Part shown: positions 22,003 through 34,740 of the stretch, one piece after another
Position numbering within the stretch: the first letter of the stretch is position 1
Layout of the letters: every line of letters begins with the position of its first letter
NCBI GenBank assembly: GCA_016748015.1
Contig: JAAOMT010000495.1
Span: 264,094-328,093, forward strand
Length of the DNA: 64,000 nucleotides
Reading direction: 5' to 3'
From: Geosiphon pyriformis uo1
Taxonomy: Eukaryota; Fungi; Glomeromycota
Position numbers and translations under genes: made by a program
The notes under the pieces: generated by a model
Databases searched by the model: none
Seen by the model: only the letters and a program-made list of their open reading frames with translations
Told to the model about the DNA's origin: nothing

Positions 22003-24172
22003 ATAATTACAATCAGAACAAAGAGTAAAAAAGCTGTATTTAATATTTCTTTTAAAATATCTAATAAAGTTTCAATTAAGAAAGTTTTTTTTATTGTAAA
22101 AGCAGCTAAACAAAACATTTTAAAAGCTTTTTTCTTAAATAATAGTAATAAAAAACTGTTTTTGATGATTATTAAAGCATTTTTCTCATTTTTAACTGGT
22201 TTTTTAGTTAAAATTCTTTAAAATTTTTTAATAATAAACTAGTTAACAAGCTGGTTTTCTTAATTATTATTGTTATACTTAATATTATTAGCATTATTTC
22301 TTTAAAAATAACCAAAAAACCAAAAATTCCAAAAAGCAAATGCAATTATTTGCTTCTGTTATTATTATATCAAATTTTTTTGTGGTTTTAGTTAAAATTT
22401 TAAATGAAATTTTTATTGTATTATTTAATATATTATTCAAAATAGGCCAAAATTAACCATTGGCTATATTATTAAATATAATATTTTCTAATAGATTCTT
22501 ACTAATTTTAAAAGCAAACCAACAGTTTTTTGTTAAGTTACCTGTTTTTAAAAACTGGTATAATTAAATAAAAACCAATTTATTATCACTTTCTTTAATT
22601 TTTGGTACTGTTATTAGTGGTACTTAAAAAATTATTACTGGTTATTAAAGATTTATTAAATAGATAATCTCTATTTTAGTGCTTAATACAACTTTTAAGA
22701 TTAAATTGGCTTATATTAAGACTGTTTTTCAGTCTGTACATAGTTTTTTGAATGCAAAATTGGTATTAAAAGACAATATAATACTCTTTTTTATAAAGTT
22801 TGCTTCTTAAAAATCTTTAAAAACTGTTTTTTTGGTTAAACTTACAAGCTTTATTTATTTGGCTACTCTTAAAATTGCCAAATTTTTGGTGGTTTCTGAA
22901 ACTGGTTTTTTTTGCTATTATTGTATTGTATAATATGTCTTTGAATATGTTTGTTACTAATATTAAGACAATACTTAGTGAATTTAATAAGATTATTCAT
23001 ATTGTGCTAAAAACTATTAGTGTTTAACAATATGTTGTTGTTTATTTTAAAAAGTTAGATGCTATTGTGTTTGTTTTAAATTATTAATTAGTATTAGTGG
23101 ATAAAAATAGTGTTAAGATTTTCTTTTTAATAAATTAAAATAAGACTATTTTGTCTTATAATAGATTTAAAACCAAGTTGGTTAACTTTTCTTCTGGTTG
23201 TATTGTATTTTAAACTTGTTTTATTTTTTATTTTTCTGATTTTAGCTGTTATTCTTAATTTATTTTGGTTATATTTGAATTTTAAGCTGATTTAAATGCT
23301 ACTTTGTTAAAACTAGCACTTTAAAAAAATGTTATATCTGATAAAAAACTTCTGAAAATTGGTACTGTTTTAGATACTAAGATTCAAATTATTTGGTAGT
23401 TGATTTTAAAGTATTTTTACTCTTTTTTCTTAAGATTTTCAAGGTTTTATTTTTCATGTTTTTGTTATTAAGTTTTATATTAAAGCTATTGCTTCTGTGT
23501 CTTTTTTAGTTTCTGATTTTTTAGTTGATTTTGTTTTTTTTGTTAATATAATAACTGGTAATTTTGTAGTTTTTTTTTAGTTGGCCATTTTGGAATTTGA
23601 TTTGGCCAAGCTTTTTGTTCTGATTAAGTTTATTATTAAGCCAATAAGTTTTTTGATTACAATGTTTGAACAATTTGTGAATAATAATTTGGTTTTAAGT
23701 AATATATTTAACTTTAAAGTTAATAAAGTTTTGGTATATATGAGTATTTTTAACAAAGTTATTGAAAAGCTAAAACAGAAAATAGTGGTATTAAAGACTA
23801 AGTGTGATTAAAATAACATTAATTTGTTTAATTTATATATAGATTTGTTTACTGTTAATAATAATATGTTTTCTAATTTAATGTTTCTGTGAAAATATAA
23901 GTTTGCTAGTATTAAAACTAATATCTTGAAAACTGTTAAATAACTGGTTAAATTAATTTATAATAGTGTTATATTATTTAAAGTTATTTAAAGAATGTTT
24001 TTTTTTAATAGATTTTTTTTTAAAGTATTAACATAATATTGCTTTTATTGGTCTAAGTAACTAGTTATATGTAAAAAACACATAAATTATGTCTAGTTAG
24101 AACTTTTAGTTTTAGTTCTATATATTAGATAGTGATTAGATTATATTTATAAAACTTTAATAAAAAAAAAAA
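22003..24172 (+). mobile_element. ORF1-only non-autonomous element (HAL-B), degenerate; same family as HAL-A
   Basis: Colinear with 5830-8108 over ~2 kb, e.g. LEFDLAKLFVLIKFIIKP vs LEFDLVKLFALVKSIVKP. Ends in the shared tail (~24035-24160) and A11. Confidence 0.82.
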
Positions 24173-24179
24173 TAATAAT

Positions 24180-24860
24180 TAAATTATATCTAATTATGTT
24201 TATTTTAAAATATATTTTGGTTTTTAATAATATATTAATAAGTTTAAATAGTTAAATAACTTTAAATACTTATGTTATTAAATTAAATTTATTATTGCTA
24301 AATTTTTATAATTATTTTTAATTAAAAAAATAACATATAATAAATATTATAAATAATAAAAAACTTAATATAATTTAATTTAAAATATAAATTAGATTTA
24401 TATATAGTTTTTAAATTTACAAATAAGTTTTTGGCTAATTTGTATATTTATATTATAAAAATAGTACATAAAAAATTGTTTGTTGTAATTAAAAAACAAT
24501 TTATAAAAAGTTTTATTTTAGTATTTTGTGTTTATATTATAAAAAAATAAAAATTTTAAATTATATATTTATATATTTATATATAAACATTTATAAAAAA
24601 CCATTAGATATTTATATTACTTTTTAGTAGTTTTATTAAATAGTATAATATATTTAATATTGTTAAAATATTTGATATATTTTTTAAATTATATAAATTA
24701 TTTTTTTGATTTAAATAATAATGTTATAATTAAAATATGGCTTTAATTAGCTCAAATAGCTAGTTATATATATATATAAAGTAAATTATGTTTAAAATAT
24801 TTATATATTATATTATATTAAATAGTAATTAAACTTTATTTACTAATACAATAATAAAAA
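24180..24860 (+). mobile_element. Eroded 3' fragment of a LINE (ORF2 end, tail, poly(A))
   Basis: Residual KIVHKKLFVVIKKQ..K (cf. KAIHKKLLAAVCKRLY) and a degenerate tail ttaattagctcaaatagctagttatatata...aataataaaaaa. Confidence 0.6.
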
Positions 24861-25787
24861 ATTTTTGTTTTAAATATTAAAAAAACAAATGTTTTTATGT
24901 TTTTTTTTTTATATTATTTTAATTATTTTAATAAAAATATATGCATATTTTCAATTTAAATAAGCATATAATTATTTTTTTAATATTTTAATATTGATAA
25001 AATAACTATTTTTTATTTATATTATTAAAAAAATACTAAATATTTCACAAATTTTTGGAATTTGTATACATTAATTTTTTTGTAATTTAAGTATTTTTTT
25101 TTAAGGCTAAATATATATTAAATATTGTAAAATTAAAACCAAATCTTTTTCAAAAAAGTAAAAAAACTGTTTTTTATTTAAATAAAACATATTATAAATT
25201 TAATTTATAATTAAAAGATATAGATAGATATTTACATGTAAAAAATACATAAGTTATGTTTATTATAAAACAGATATATGTTGGATATACTCAATAAACA
25301 TAAAAAACCCTATCAGTTGGGAAATTTTATTTCCTCGCATATATAATAAAATGTATATTTAATTAAATATTTTTTTTAATAATTTTTAATTATTTATAAC
25401 AATTTTAAACTTTTTAAATTAATCAGATTTTTAATTTTGATAGCATTTTAATTTAAAATATAAAAAATTAAATTGTTAAATTGTTAAATTGTTAAGTATT
25501 TATAATTAAATAACTTTCTTAATGTAGAAAATAATGTAAAATTTCAAGTTTTTTATAAATATAGTATTGATTGTAATAAAATCTTAAATTTACATAATTA
25601 ATATTTAAAATATAAATATAATTAGTTGTTAAATATTTGAATTAAGTATATTTATATTTTTTATTCTTGTTATAATAAAATTATTTGATTGATCGGAATT
25701 TCTATTCACTATTAACTAAGAGTATTCAAAAAAAAATTTATGATACACGACCACTACGCAAAATTAAAGAAGCTCGTAGAATCAACT

Positions 25788-25898
25788 GGAAAATCTAGAT
25801 CTTTCAAGATCTTTTCATTACTCTTAACTAATTGGCTGATTTTTTAAACTGCGCTGTAAGGATAAATTATAATTTTAATAATAAAAGGAAGCTTCGAA
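25788..25898 (+). promoter_or_regulatory. Candidate heat-shock elements upstream of Hsp110
   Basis: Degenerate 5-bp-periodic nGAAn/nTTCn array (GGAaaATCtaGATctTTCaaGATctTTT, 25788-25815) and GAAgcTTC (25888-25895), 110-220 bp upstream of the ATG of a heat-shock gene. Confidence 0.4.
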
Positions 25899-26008
25899 TG
25901 ATAGCTGTAAAAGGTTATCAACATCATTAGCGTGCTTAGCATGCTCTTCGTTTTTTATTAAATATAACTTTTTTTCAATCCAAAAGTTAAAACTTGAATA
26001 TTTTTACA

Positions 26009-28923
26009 ATGTCTGTCGTAGGTAAGCGCATTTTGGCTCGTTTGTTAGGTCCCTTTTAGGTCTCGGGTTTGGTTTTGTTGACTTATATTTTTTTAGGTCT
26101 TGATTTTGGAAACCTTCGGTCGGTGATCGCTGTCGCGCGAAACCGTGGCATTGATGTTGTTTGTAACGAGGTCTCCAACCGAGCTACACCGTGAGTTTTC
26201 CTTAATAAATCTTGATTTAATATTGTCATAATTTTCACATCATTATTAAGCGGAGAATTTAAGTTTGATAACACTTTTCTTTCATAGAGATCATATCAAT
26301 TTTTAAAAGCATATTTTATTTTTAGGGGTACTCTAATAATATGACTTAATTCGATTTTTTTCATTATTCTTAGGTCTCTTGTTTCTTTTGGTCCCAAACA
26401 GAGATACTTGGGAGAGGCTGCTAAAACCCAAGAAATCTCAAATTTTCATCACACAGTTGGTTCTTTAAAACGACTTGCTGGACGGTCTTTTAACGACAAG
26501 GAAATCCAAGAAATTGAGAAACAATATATCAATGCCGAATTGGTTGATGAGAAGGGACAAATTGGTGCCAAGGTCAGATAATACCTAACACCTTACATGA
26601 ATATCGTAGATCATCTATGAATCTGGAAATTTAATCTTTACTGTTTAACTTAGGTTCAATACCTTGGTGAAACGCGTGTATTCACGGCTACTCAATTAGT
26701 TGCCATGTATTTCACAAAGCTTGCAGAAATCGCATCAACAGAGCTTAAGATTCCAATCTCTGACGTTGTGATCTCTGTCCCTGCATGGTTTACTGATGCT
26801 CAACGCCGTAGTATTCTAGATGGTTCAGAAATTGCGGGTTTAAATTGTTTGCGCTTAATCCACGAGACTACTGCCATTGCTTTGGGTTATGGTATTACAA
26901 AAACAGATTTACCTGAGGATAAACCACGAAATGTCGTGTTTGTTGACGTAGGACATTCTAGCTACAGCGTGGCGATTGCCAGCTTTGTTAAAGGTCAACT
27001 TGTGGTCAAAGCCACCGCCTCTGATCGAAATTTTGGTGGGCGTAACTTTGACCAAGTTCTCGTCGACCATTTTGCTGAAATATTCAAAGAAAAATATAAC
27101 ACCGATATTAAATCAAATCCAAAGGCCCTCTTTCGTCTCCGTGTCGGTTGTGAGAGAGCAAAGAAAGTTTTATCGGCAAACTCTCAGGCTCCCCTTAATG
27201 TGGAAAATGTGATGAACGACATTGACTTTAACTCGATGATCAAACGCGAAGAATTCGAAGAGCTATGCAAAGATCTTTTAGATCGTATAGAAATACCACT
27301 TGCACAGGCACTAGAAGAAGCAGGCCTTAATAAGGAAGATATTCATTCTATCGAGGTGGTTGGTGGTTCCATACGTGTCCCTGCCATCAAAGAACGACTC
27401 TCCCAATTCTTTGGGAAAGAGTTGAACTTTACTCTTAACCAAGATGAAGCCGTTGCTCGAGGTTGTGCTTTTCTGTGTGCCATTTTATCACCAGTCTTCA
27501 AAGTACGAGAATTTGGTGTACAAGATGTTACTAGTTATCCAATCAAAATTAAATGGGAAACTATCCCCGAGGTTCCTGATGAAGAATCAGAACTACTTGT
27601 CTTCCCTAAATTCAACACTATTCCGTCCACCAAAATATTAACCTTCCATCGCAAGGAACCCTTTGACATCGAAGCTTATTACGCTGAGCCCGATAAAACC
27701 CCTGGAACCCAGTCTTGGATCGGAAGATTTTCAATTAAAAATGTTGTTCCGACAGAGAATGGGGATTTGAGTATTGTCAAAGTCAAGGCTAGGCTCAATG
27801 TTCATGGGGTTCTTTCTGTGGATAATGCTACAATTGTTGAGGAGATAATTGAAGAGAAAGAAGAGCCCAAGGGGGATGAACCACAACCAATGGACACTAA
27901 TCAAAATAACGACGAAGCCGCAAAAGTTCCAAGTCGTAATGTCAAAAAAGTCAAGAAAATCGTGAAAAAGGCCGAGCTACCAGTTGTCGCGGGTACTCCA
28001 TCACTGGATAAATCGATTATCACACTTTATAGAGAACAAGAGGTCCAAATGATAGCTATTAACAAACTCGTAGCGGACACGGAAATACAAAAAAACGCAC
28101 TTGAAGAATATGTATACGATACTCGTTCGAAACTCGACTCAAGTTACGCTCAATATGTTGATTCTGGTGAGAAAGAAAACTTTTTAAATCTTTTGAATGA
28201 AACAGAAAATTGGTTATACGATGAAGGTGATGATGCCACAAAATCGATATATGCTGGCAAACTTTCGAGCCTCAGAGAACACGGCAATCCGATTGCTAAT
28301 CGATATCGAGAAGCCGAAGAGCGTCCCAAAGCAGAAAAGCAGTTGCGTGACAGCATACAGTCATTTATTTTGAGCGCAACTAGTAATGAAGAAAAATTCG
28401 CACATATTTCCGATCAAGAAAAGCAAAATGTTGTTGAAAAAGCGACTCAAGTTTTAAGTTGGCTGGATGAAAAAATTTTTGCTCAAAATCAATTACCGAA
28501 ATATAAGGATCCAATTGTTTTAGCCCATGGAATTTCGAAAGAACGAGAGGTAGGCGCTAAATTGTTTTGATATATGATTTTATTAGAGATCTTGGTTTAT
28601 TTTGGTATTTTTATAAAATCGTTCTTCACATTTTTTTTTAGGGGCTTGTGCAATATTGCTCTCCTATTATCTTGAGGTTAGTAAAAAAAATCAAGGGAAA
28701 CCTTTAACCATTTTGAGATTTAATACCTTACTATTGTCATTTTAGGCCCAAACCTAAACCAGAACCTAAACCAGAACCAAAACCTGCAGAGACTCCAGCT
28801 ACTCCGGCGCCAGAAACACCAGTAGGTGGTTCTCAAGGTACTCCTCAAGAAACCGCGGCAACTCCTCAACCAGAAACACCAGTTACACAAAATGATGATA
28901 GAAAGGATATGGATGTTGATTAG
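26009..28923 (+). CDS. SSE1: Hsp110/Hsp88 family chaperone (Hsp70 nucleotide exchange factor), 6 exons
   Basis: Exons 26009-26021, 26097-26190, 26374-26572, 26654-28549, 28642-28676, 28746-28923 (GT-AG). [66 protein letters not shown]; ends MDVD*. Confidence 0.97.
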
Positions 28924-29322
28924 ACATTTCAGCATTTAATTGGAAGACACGATTAAAGAAACAATAGGGAAATAAATAGAAAATTATTCAAGTGGTTACA
29001 GTTTTTAGACACTTATTAATGTATAATTTAGGAAATAAAATTTTTTGCCTTCACCGTTGACAGTGTCAAAAGCAAATCGAATAATATTTTGGGATAAATT
29101 TATCTGAAAAAGCTGCTTTACCGCAGTCGAATAAGGCGACCTCGGGAAATAAATGGTTGGGGGCATTATCCAAGCAAAGATAAATATTATGTTTATTTCT
29201 ACCTGCGCTAATATTATCTTAAAACTTTAAATGACGCGTTTTGAAATCCTGGGTAGGAGAGATCACAAAATGATATTTATCGGTTTACTATTTGCAAAGC
29301 ACAATAAATTCCCCCTTGGGAT

Positions 29323-30215
29323 TTATGAGATTTGTTCCAATTCAACCAAAACACCACCACAGTCCTTGGGATGCAAAAATACTACCGGATTCCCATGGGC
29401 ACCGATTTTTGGTACAGGATCCAGAACTCTTATATTTTGGGCTACAAGATTTTTGACGGCGTTTGTTACATTGTCGACCTTTAACAATTCCGAAAGTAAG
29501 CAAGGCTGTAAATTCATCAAATCAACTAATTGAAAGATTAAGTGTTTATGTCAATAAGATACTGGTACCTCAATGCAAACATGATGAACACCACCACTTT
29601 TATTCTTGAGCAAAAAGCTGTGTATTGGGGATCGATCATTTATCTCACCCAACAACTCAATTTTCGTGTTGCCTAAATTCACAAATACGGTATGAACGCC
29701 ATGTTCTGGTAATGTCTAGCAAAATGAATCAATGATATTTTAAACATGTTTTCAAGTGGGAAAATCTTATGATGCAATAATATTATCAAATAATATTTCT
29801 TACAACTTGCTCACTAACCGACCCAGCACCCATAATACATCGCCAAAAATAAGCCGATTTTTCAATATCTGGTACAGCGAATGCAACATGATTCAATCGG
29901 CCCAGTTTCCATACTAAATGATTCTGGTCACGATATTAAAAATTCATAAATACGTATATATATATGAATGCCATTCTCTCGAATCCAATTCTTTCATTTG
30001 GGAAATCAGAGCCTTATGAAATATCCATTCAACGTTCAAATGTTAGTCCAAGGCATTACCTTTGGAATTCCGGTCTCAGTCTCGGACATGAATCCCCTTT
30101 GACCCAAAAATATCGTAAATGCCCCACTGCCAATTATCTGCGCCACATATCTACCTCTTTGAACCGCAGCCGTAGTGGTTGTTAAACCCCTGGCAATATT
30201 ACGTAAAAAAAACAT
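29323..30215 (-). CDS. MCEE: Methylmalonyl-CoA epimerase (VOC fold) with likely mitochondrial presequence
   Basis: Exons 30215-30060, 29923-29804, 29715-29569, 29478-29323. WKLGRLNHVAFAVPD, LPEHGVHTVFVNLGNTKIELL, GGVHHVCIEVDN, KIGAHGNPVVFLHPKDCGGVLVELEQ. First-exon structure is less certain. Confidence 0.93.
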
Positions 30216-31185
30216 CTTTGTCCGCAAGGCCAAAATTAATGGATACCAGAGAAATCTATGCGTTCAATTTATAGATATTTTGTGCCCTGAATTAGAAATT
30301 GACAATTGGGATATGTAGTTTCGTGCCCCAAAATCAAAATATCAATGTGATTCATTCGAAAATTATGTCATTAGTAAAATCATGGAGGGGTTAAATATTT
30401 CTCGGTTAACTTTTCATTCTTTGGCCTGATATACCCGTTATATAGAAATTTTCATATAGTATAACCGCAATAGGATTCTGAAATTCAACTCAATAATTGA
30501 GATTTTTCAAAAACTGGTTTTAACGAAAGATCGAATCTATTGCAAGATTATAAAATCAAAAGGGGGATTACCTGACGCTTTGGCATTAGTGATTGCCTTC
30601 CGCGTGGCTTGAGAACCCCACATTTTTTTCATGAAATGCCATTCATACTTTAACGAATGTTTATTTTTCTTATCCTAAAATGGGTAACTGCCGTATAACA
30701 TGATAAAAGATACCCGAACGGAAATTTTCGAGAGTTTTCAAGGTACACTGAATGGAAACTTGCCAGTATGTACCATCAGTAAATTTAATAGGAATTCTTT
30801 GGTTAACCCTTGATGTTGAATTATAATTTTTTTTTAAAAAGTAACACTTAATTATAGTGATTATGAAGATAACCAATTAAAAAGTAATTAATAAGAGTTT
30901 CAATCAAAAGAAGATGGGTTTCAGGGATTGAAAGTGTTCTTGTTTTGCGATTAAATGAAATAAAAATTCTTTGAGTAATATCTCCTACACTATTGAAAAA
31001 TAAAGAATGAACCCAATTGATATGATCAATCCAAGCCTTCGGATAATTGAAATAAATTCACCACTGGAGCAATTTACAATATATACTTCCAACCAAAACC
31101 AATCAAAAGATACTCGCAATCAAAATGTCAAACCAAACCCTAAGATTCAAAGCAAAGGTCTCAAGAACATCCCTCAAAAACATAT

Positions 31186-32052
31186 TTACATAAGGCTGCA
31201 ACAAGCAGATTGATTACGATTCTTCAAATAGAAACTCTCATTGTCCCCATCAATTATATCCAGCTCAAATTGCGGCATCTTAACCACCCGTGCAATATGC
31301 GTGAATGCTGCCTCAACATTTATTCCTTCTTTCGCGCTGGCTTCAAAACAAGAAATCTGCGTGGTACTTCCACTATATTTTTGTGCAAATTCTCGAATTC
31401 GTCTCTTTGGGACCTGCCTATCATTCAGATCAATCTTATTCCCTATAACGATGAAGGGAAATTCTGAAGGATCAGATACACCAGAATGTTTAAGAAATTC
31501 GGCACGCCATCGCTCAAGGTTTTCAAATGTTATTAACTTATTGACATCATAGACTAAAACGCAGGCATCAGCCCCTCTATAAAATGCCACCCCTAATGAT
31601 TGGAAACGTTCTTGGCCTTAAAAATCACAAATAATTTAATGAATATTTTTTAATAAATGCTAGATTGATGGATTGATTTAATATTTTCCGGTTCTTACCA
31701 GCTGTATCCCAGATTTGTAAAATTACCTTTTTACCGTTTTCTCTTCGCACTTCCTTCGTTGTGAAATCAGCGCCTATTGTAGCTTTATAATTATTCAAAA
31801 ACCGCTTATGTATAAACTAAAATTTAATAAAAGTTTGAGTTACCTAAATAGTAAATCAGTTATGTGGATGCTGCCAAAATTTGAATGCTTACCTGATTCC
31901 TTAAACAAGTCTATGAGCGTCAAAACGTACATTAATTTTAGTAATTTTCTTGACGCGTCACTTCTTGAAGTAAAAGCATAAATAAGCAGAACACTCACCT
32001 TACCAACCCCACCATCCCCAATTAAAACAACTTTCAGTATCTCTTTGGGCAT
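31186..32052 (-). CDS. Rab7/Ypt7-like small GTPase (divergent paralog), 4 exons including an 18-nt microexon
   Basis: Exons 32052-31999, 31910-31893, 31816-31699, 31616-31186. [49 protein letters not shown]; C-terminus CCSLM. Confidence 0.93.
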
Positions 32053-32597
32053 TTGCAAATTACCAGCAAACTTTTGAGTTAAAATATATATTTTTGGAAA
32101 AAAACTCGTTAAAAGCAAGATTCGAGTTGCGTACAATTTGGCTAATTTTATTGGCAAATGACCAACTGCCACTCCTTTTACTTATTGTAAGCTTCTTAGA
32201 AATCTGAGCGAGTCTAGTACAAGCTGAACTTTTAAAGGTAAAAGGATTAAACTGTCAAAAAGGAGACCCATTCTTTGAGTCTCCACTCATCAGGGCAGGA
32301 TAGAATTTGCTCATCATTGCGTTGAACAAAAATTTATTTTACCCCATGATATCATTTCCAAATTAAAATGGTATCGTGTGTTTCATTGCTTGTTTGACAC
32401 TGACGTTTATTGAACGCCGTCATAATGGAATTTCGACTAAATTCCGAAATGTATGTAACGGTAATATTTCTGTACAGGAAATCTAATGCTGTTTTGTGTA
32501 GCTGTAAGTTGAAATTCAAAAATTAAATGTCAAAACTTAAAATATTAAATAAAATTGAGTTTTTTAAATGTGCTTTTAGCAAATATAAAATATTTAT

Positions 32598-33900
32598 TTT
32601 TAATTTTTTTGCTATTAAAAATTATACCAGTTATAAATTAATTTAATTACTGTACGCTTTTTACATGTGACCAGCCATCTAGCCTTACATCGAACACTAC
32701 ATTAATTTAGACAATCTTTTGCTTCTAATCTACTTATAAAGTAATTAACATTCTTATTTTTTTTAACAAACCCACTTAGCCAGATTTTTGTTTTCTTCTT
32801 ACTAAATTTAACATCTAAATCTTGAATTTTCCACAAGAACTAATGATATATTAAAAACACATATAAATAAAACATAACTGAATTTTTCATATATAGAACA
32901 GAAAAATAAATTCAATCTAGCCTATTTTAAGCTAGTACTCTTGAAGACTAAAGTTATAGTCAAAACTATCATCAAGTTATTTTTGAACTTAAAGCAACAC
33001 TTAACATATATATACATAATTTAATAATAATTAATTAGACAAGTTTTTTTATTGATAGAATTCATAAAATCTCACAAATTATGTACTGTTGCTCTTATTA
33101 ACAAAGTATAAAATAAAGCTTTATGCATATTTCTGGTGTTTTATAATATTTTGTCTATATTAATTCTAATTATACAAACAGTATTTTTTTTAATAAAAAT
33201 AAACTACTTAAACATTAAAAAATTAATCTGATTTTAATTATTAAATTTTATTACAGTCTTTTGTTACAGTTTTATTAGTTGTATCTTAATTATTTTAATA
33301 TTACCAAATTTGGTTAATACAACATGTATAGTTTTTATTGATGTTTTTATTGTAATTTTTTTAATTACTACAGTTTAATTTATCTAAGTGTTTATTAAAT
33401 ACTTGAAATTATTGTTTATCTTTAATTTATTAATTTTAGCCAATTTTATAATTTTTATTATATTAAATTTAGAAGTAAAAATTACACAAATAATCTTACC
33501 AAATTTTGAAAAAATAAATGTTTTTCCAAAACTATTTATACTAAAAAATAATTTTTTTATTAATTTCAATTTATTTTAATAAAATTTTTTATTTACAACT
33601 AAAAAATTAACATTTAAAGCAAATAATTTACAAACAAAAACATTAATAAAAATTTTTAAAAATAAGAAAAAAAATAAATTTATCTAAAATATTATTGTTA
33701 TTATTATTAACATCAAAATTAATCTTATTAAAAAGTTTTTTAAAAACACATATTGTTATAATTTTTGGACTTTTAAAAATTATATTTATATATTTTAAAA
33801 CCAAATTTATTTTTATTGTTAAGCTAAAAGTTAATTTTTTTTATCAAATATTTTTTTATATTTATATTATTACTTATAAAGTAAAACAAAAAAAATAATA
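32598..33900 (-). mobile_element. ORF1-only element of a second type (HAL-C), strongly eroded
   Basis: Minus strand reads SINSFGK..SKFGKII..FTSK, TVVIKKI..TKFGNIKIIKIQLI, KTCLIN and a degenerate knuckle, then W.....DVK.....T..WLSGFV, a stop, and the shared tail (rc gtagtgttcgatgtaaggctagatggctggtcacatgtaaaaagc). No ORF2; 5' boundary approximate. Confidence 0.7.
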
Positions 33901-34407
33901 GAAAAATATAGTATAATTAGCTAATAGAATAGTATAAAATTACTAAAAATATGTAATATTAAAAATAATAATAATAATTTTAAGAATTTAAAAATGTTAA
34001 AAATTTTAGCAATAATTTTAAAAAAAAGAAATTTTATATTATAAAAATTTATATATATATAGTAATATCTATAAAAACAAGTTTAATAGAATTTTTATTT
34101 AAGTAATTTTAACAGTTAAAAATCTAATACTTAAAATAAACATTTATAAAATAAAAATTGTTATTATTAAATTATTTAATATTCAATTTTTATGAATTTA
34201 TTTCTATTGTATTAAAAATTATTTACTTCTAAATTAATATTAATAGTATTATTACAATTACATTAATTATATTAAAACAATAATTTTTAATTTTATGTAA
34301 AAAAATTTGATTTTTAACTTTAATTTATTAATAACAAATAATAGTTTGTTATTATGCTGTTTTTTTGTTAAGCTTAAAAATATTTAATATAAGTAGTTAT
34401 AATTTAT

Positions 34408-34740
34408 GATATGGAAAGGGTAAGCTTAATTGGTAATGATGGTTTGGTGTTGGGTCTTTCACATTGTGTGTCTTCTTTGCTTTCAGATGGAGTGGTCAGG
34501 TTGCTTAGTATTGTGGAGTCTTTTGCTGTAAGTTTCAGCCATTATAAGTCTTGTCCTTTTTTTTCTGGTTTGGATGGTAATCTGTGTGTTAATTTAGGTG
34601 TGTAGTGTTGCTTTGTTTGGTCTGAGTGATTAGTTACATGTAAAAAATACATGAATCACATTTAGTTTGAGCCACTTAGTCTGGTTCTATGTACTAAGTA
34701 GTGGTTGGGCTTTGCTTGTTAAATTTGTAATAAAAAAATA
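34408..34740 (+). mobile_element. 5'-truncated LINE (ORF2 C-terminus, tail, poly(A))
   Basis: DMERVSLIGNDGLVLGLS..DGVVRLLSIVESFAVSF matches the LINE ORF2 end; full tail present; flanked by ATAATTTAT at 34399-34407 and 34741-34749 (TSD). Confidence 0.9.

Noticed and set aside
28746-28790. [13 protein letters not shown] repeat
   Set aside because: Ordinary low-complexity Hsp110 C-terminal linker.
30300-31180. Short ORFs between MCEE and the Rab gene (30670-30876, 31007-31213)
   Set aside because: No motifs or splice support; consistent with Rab 3' UTR and MCEE promoter.
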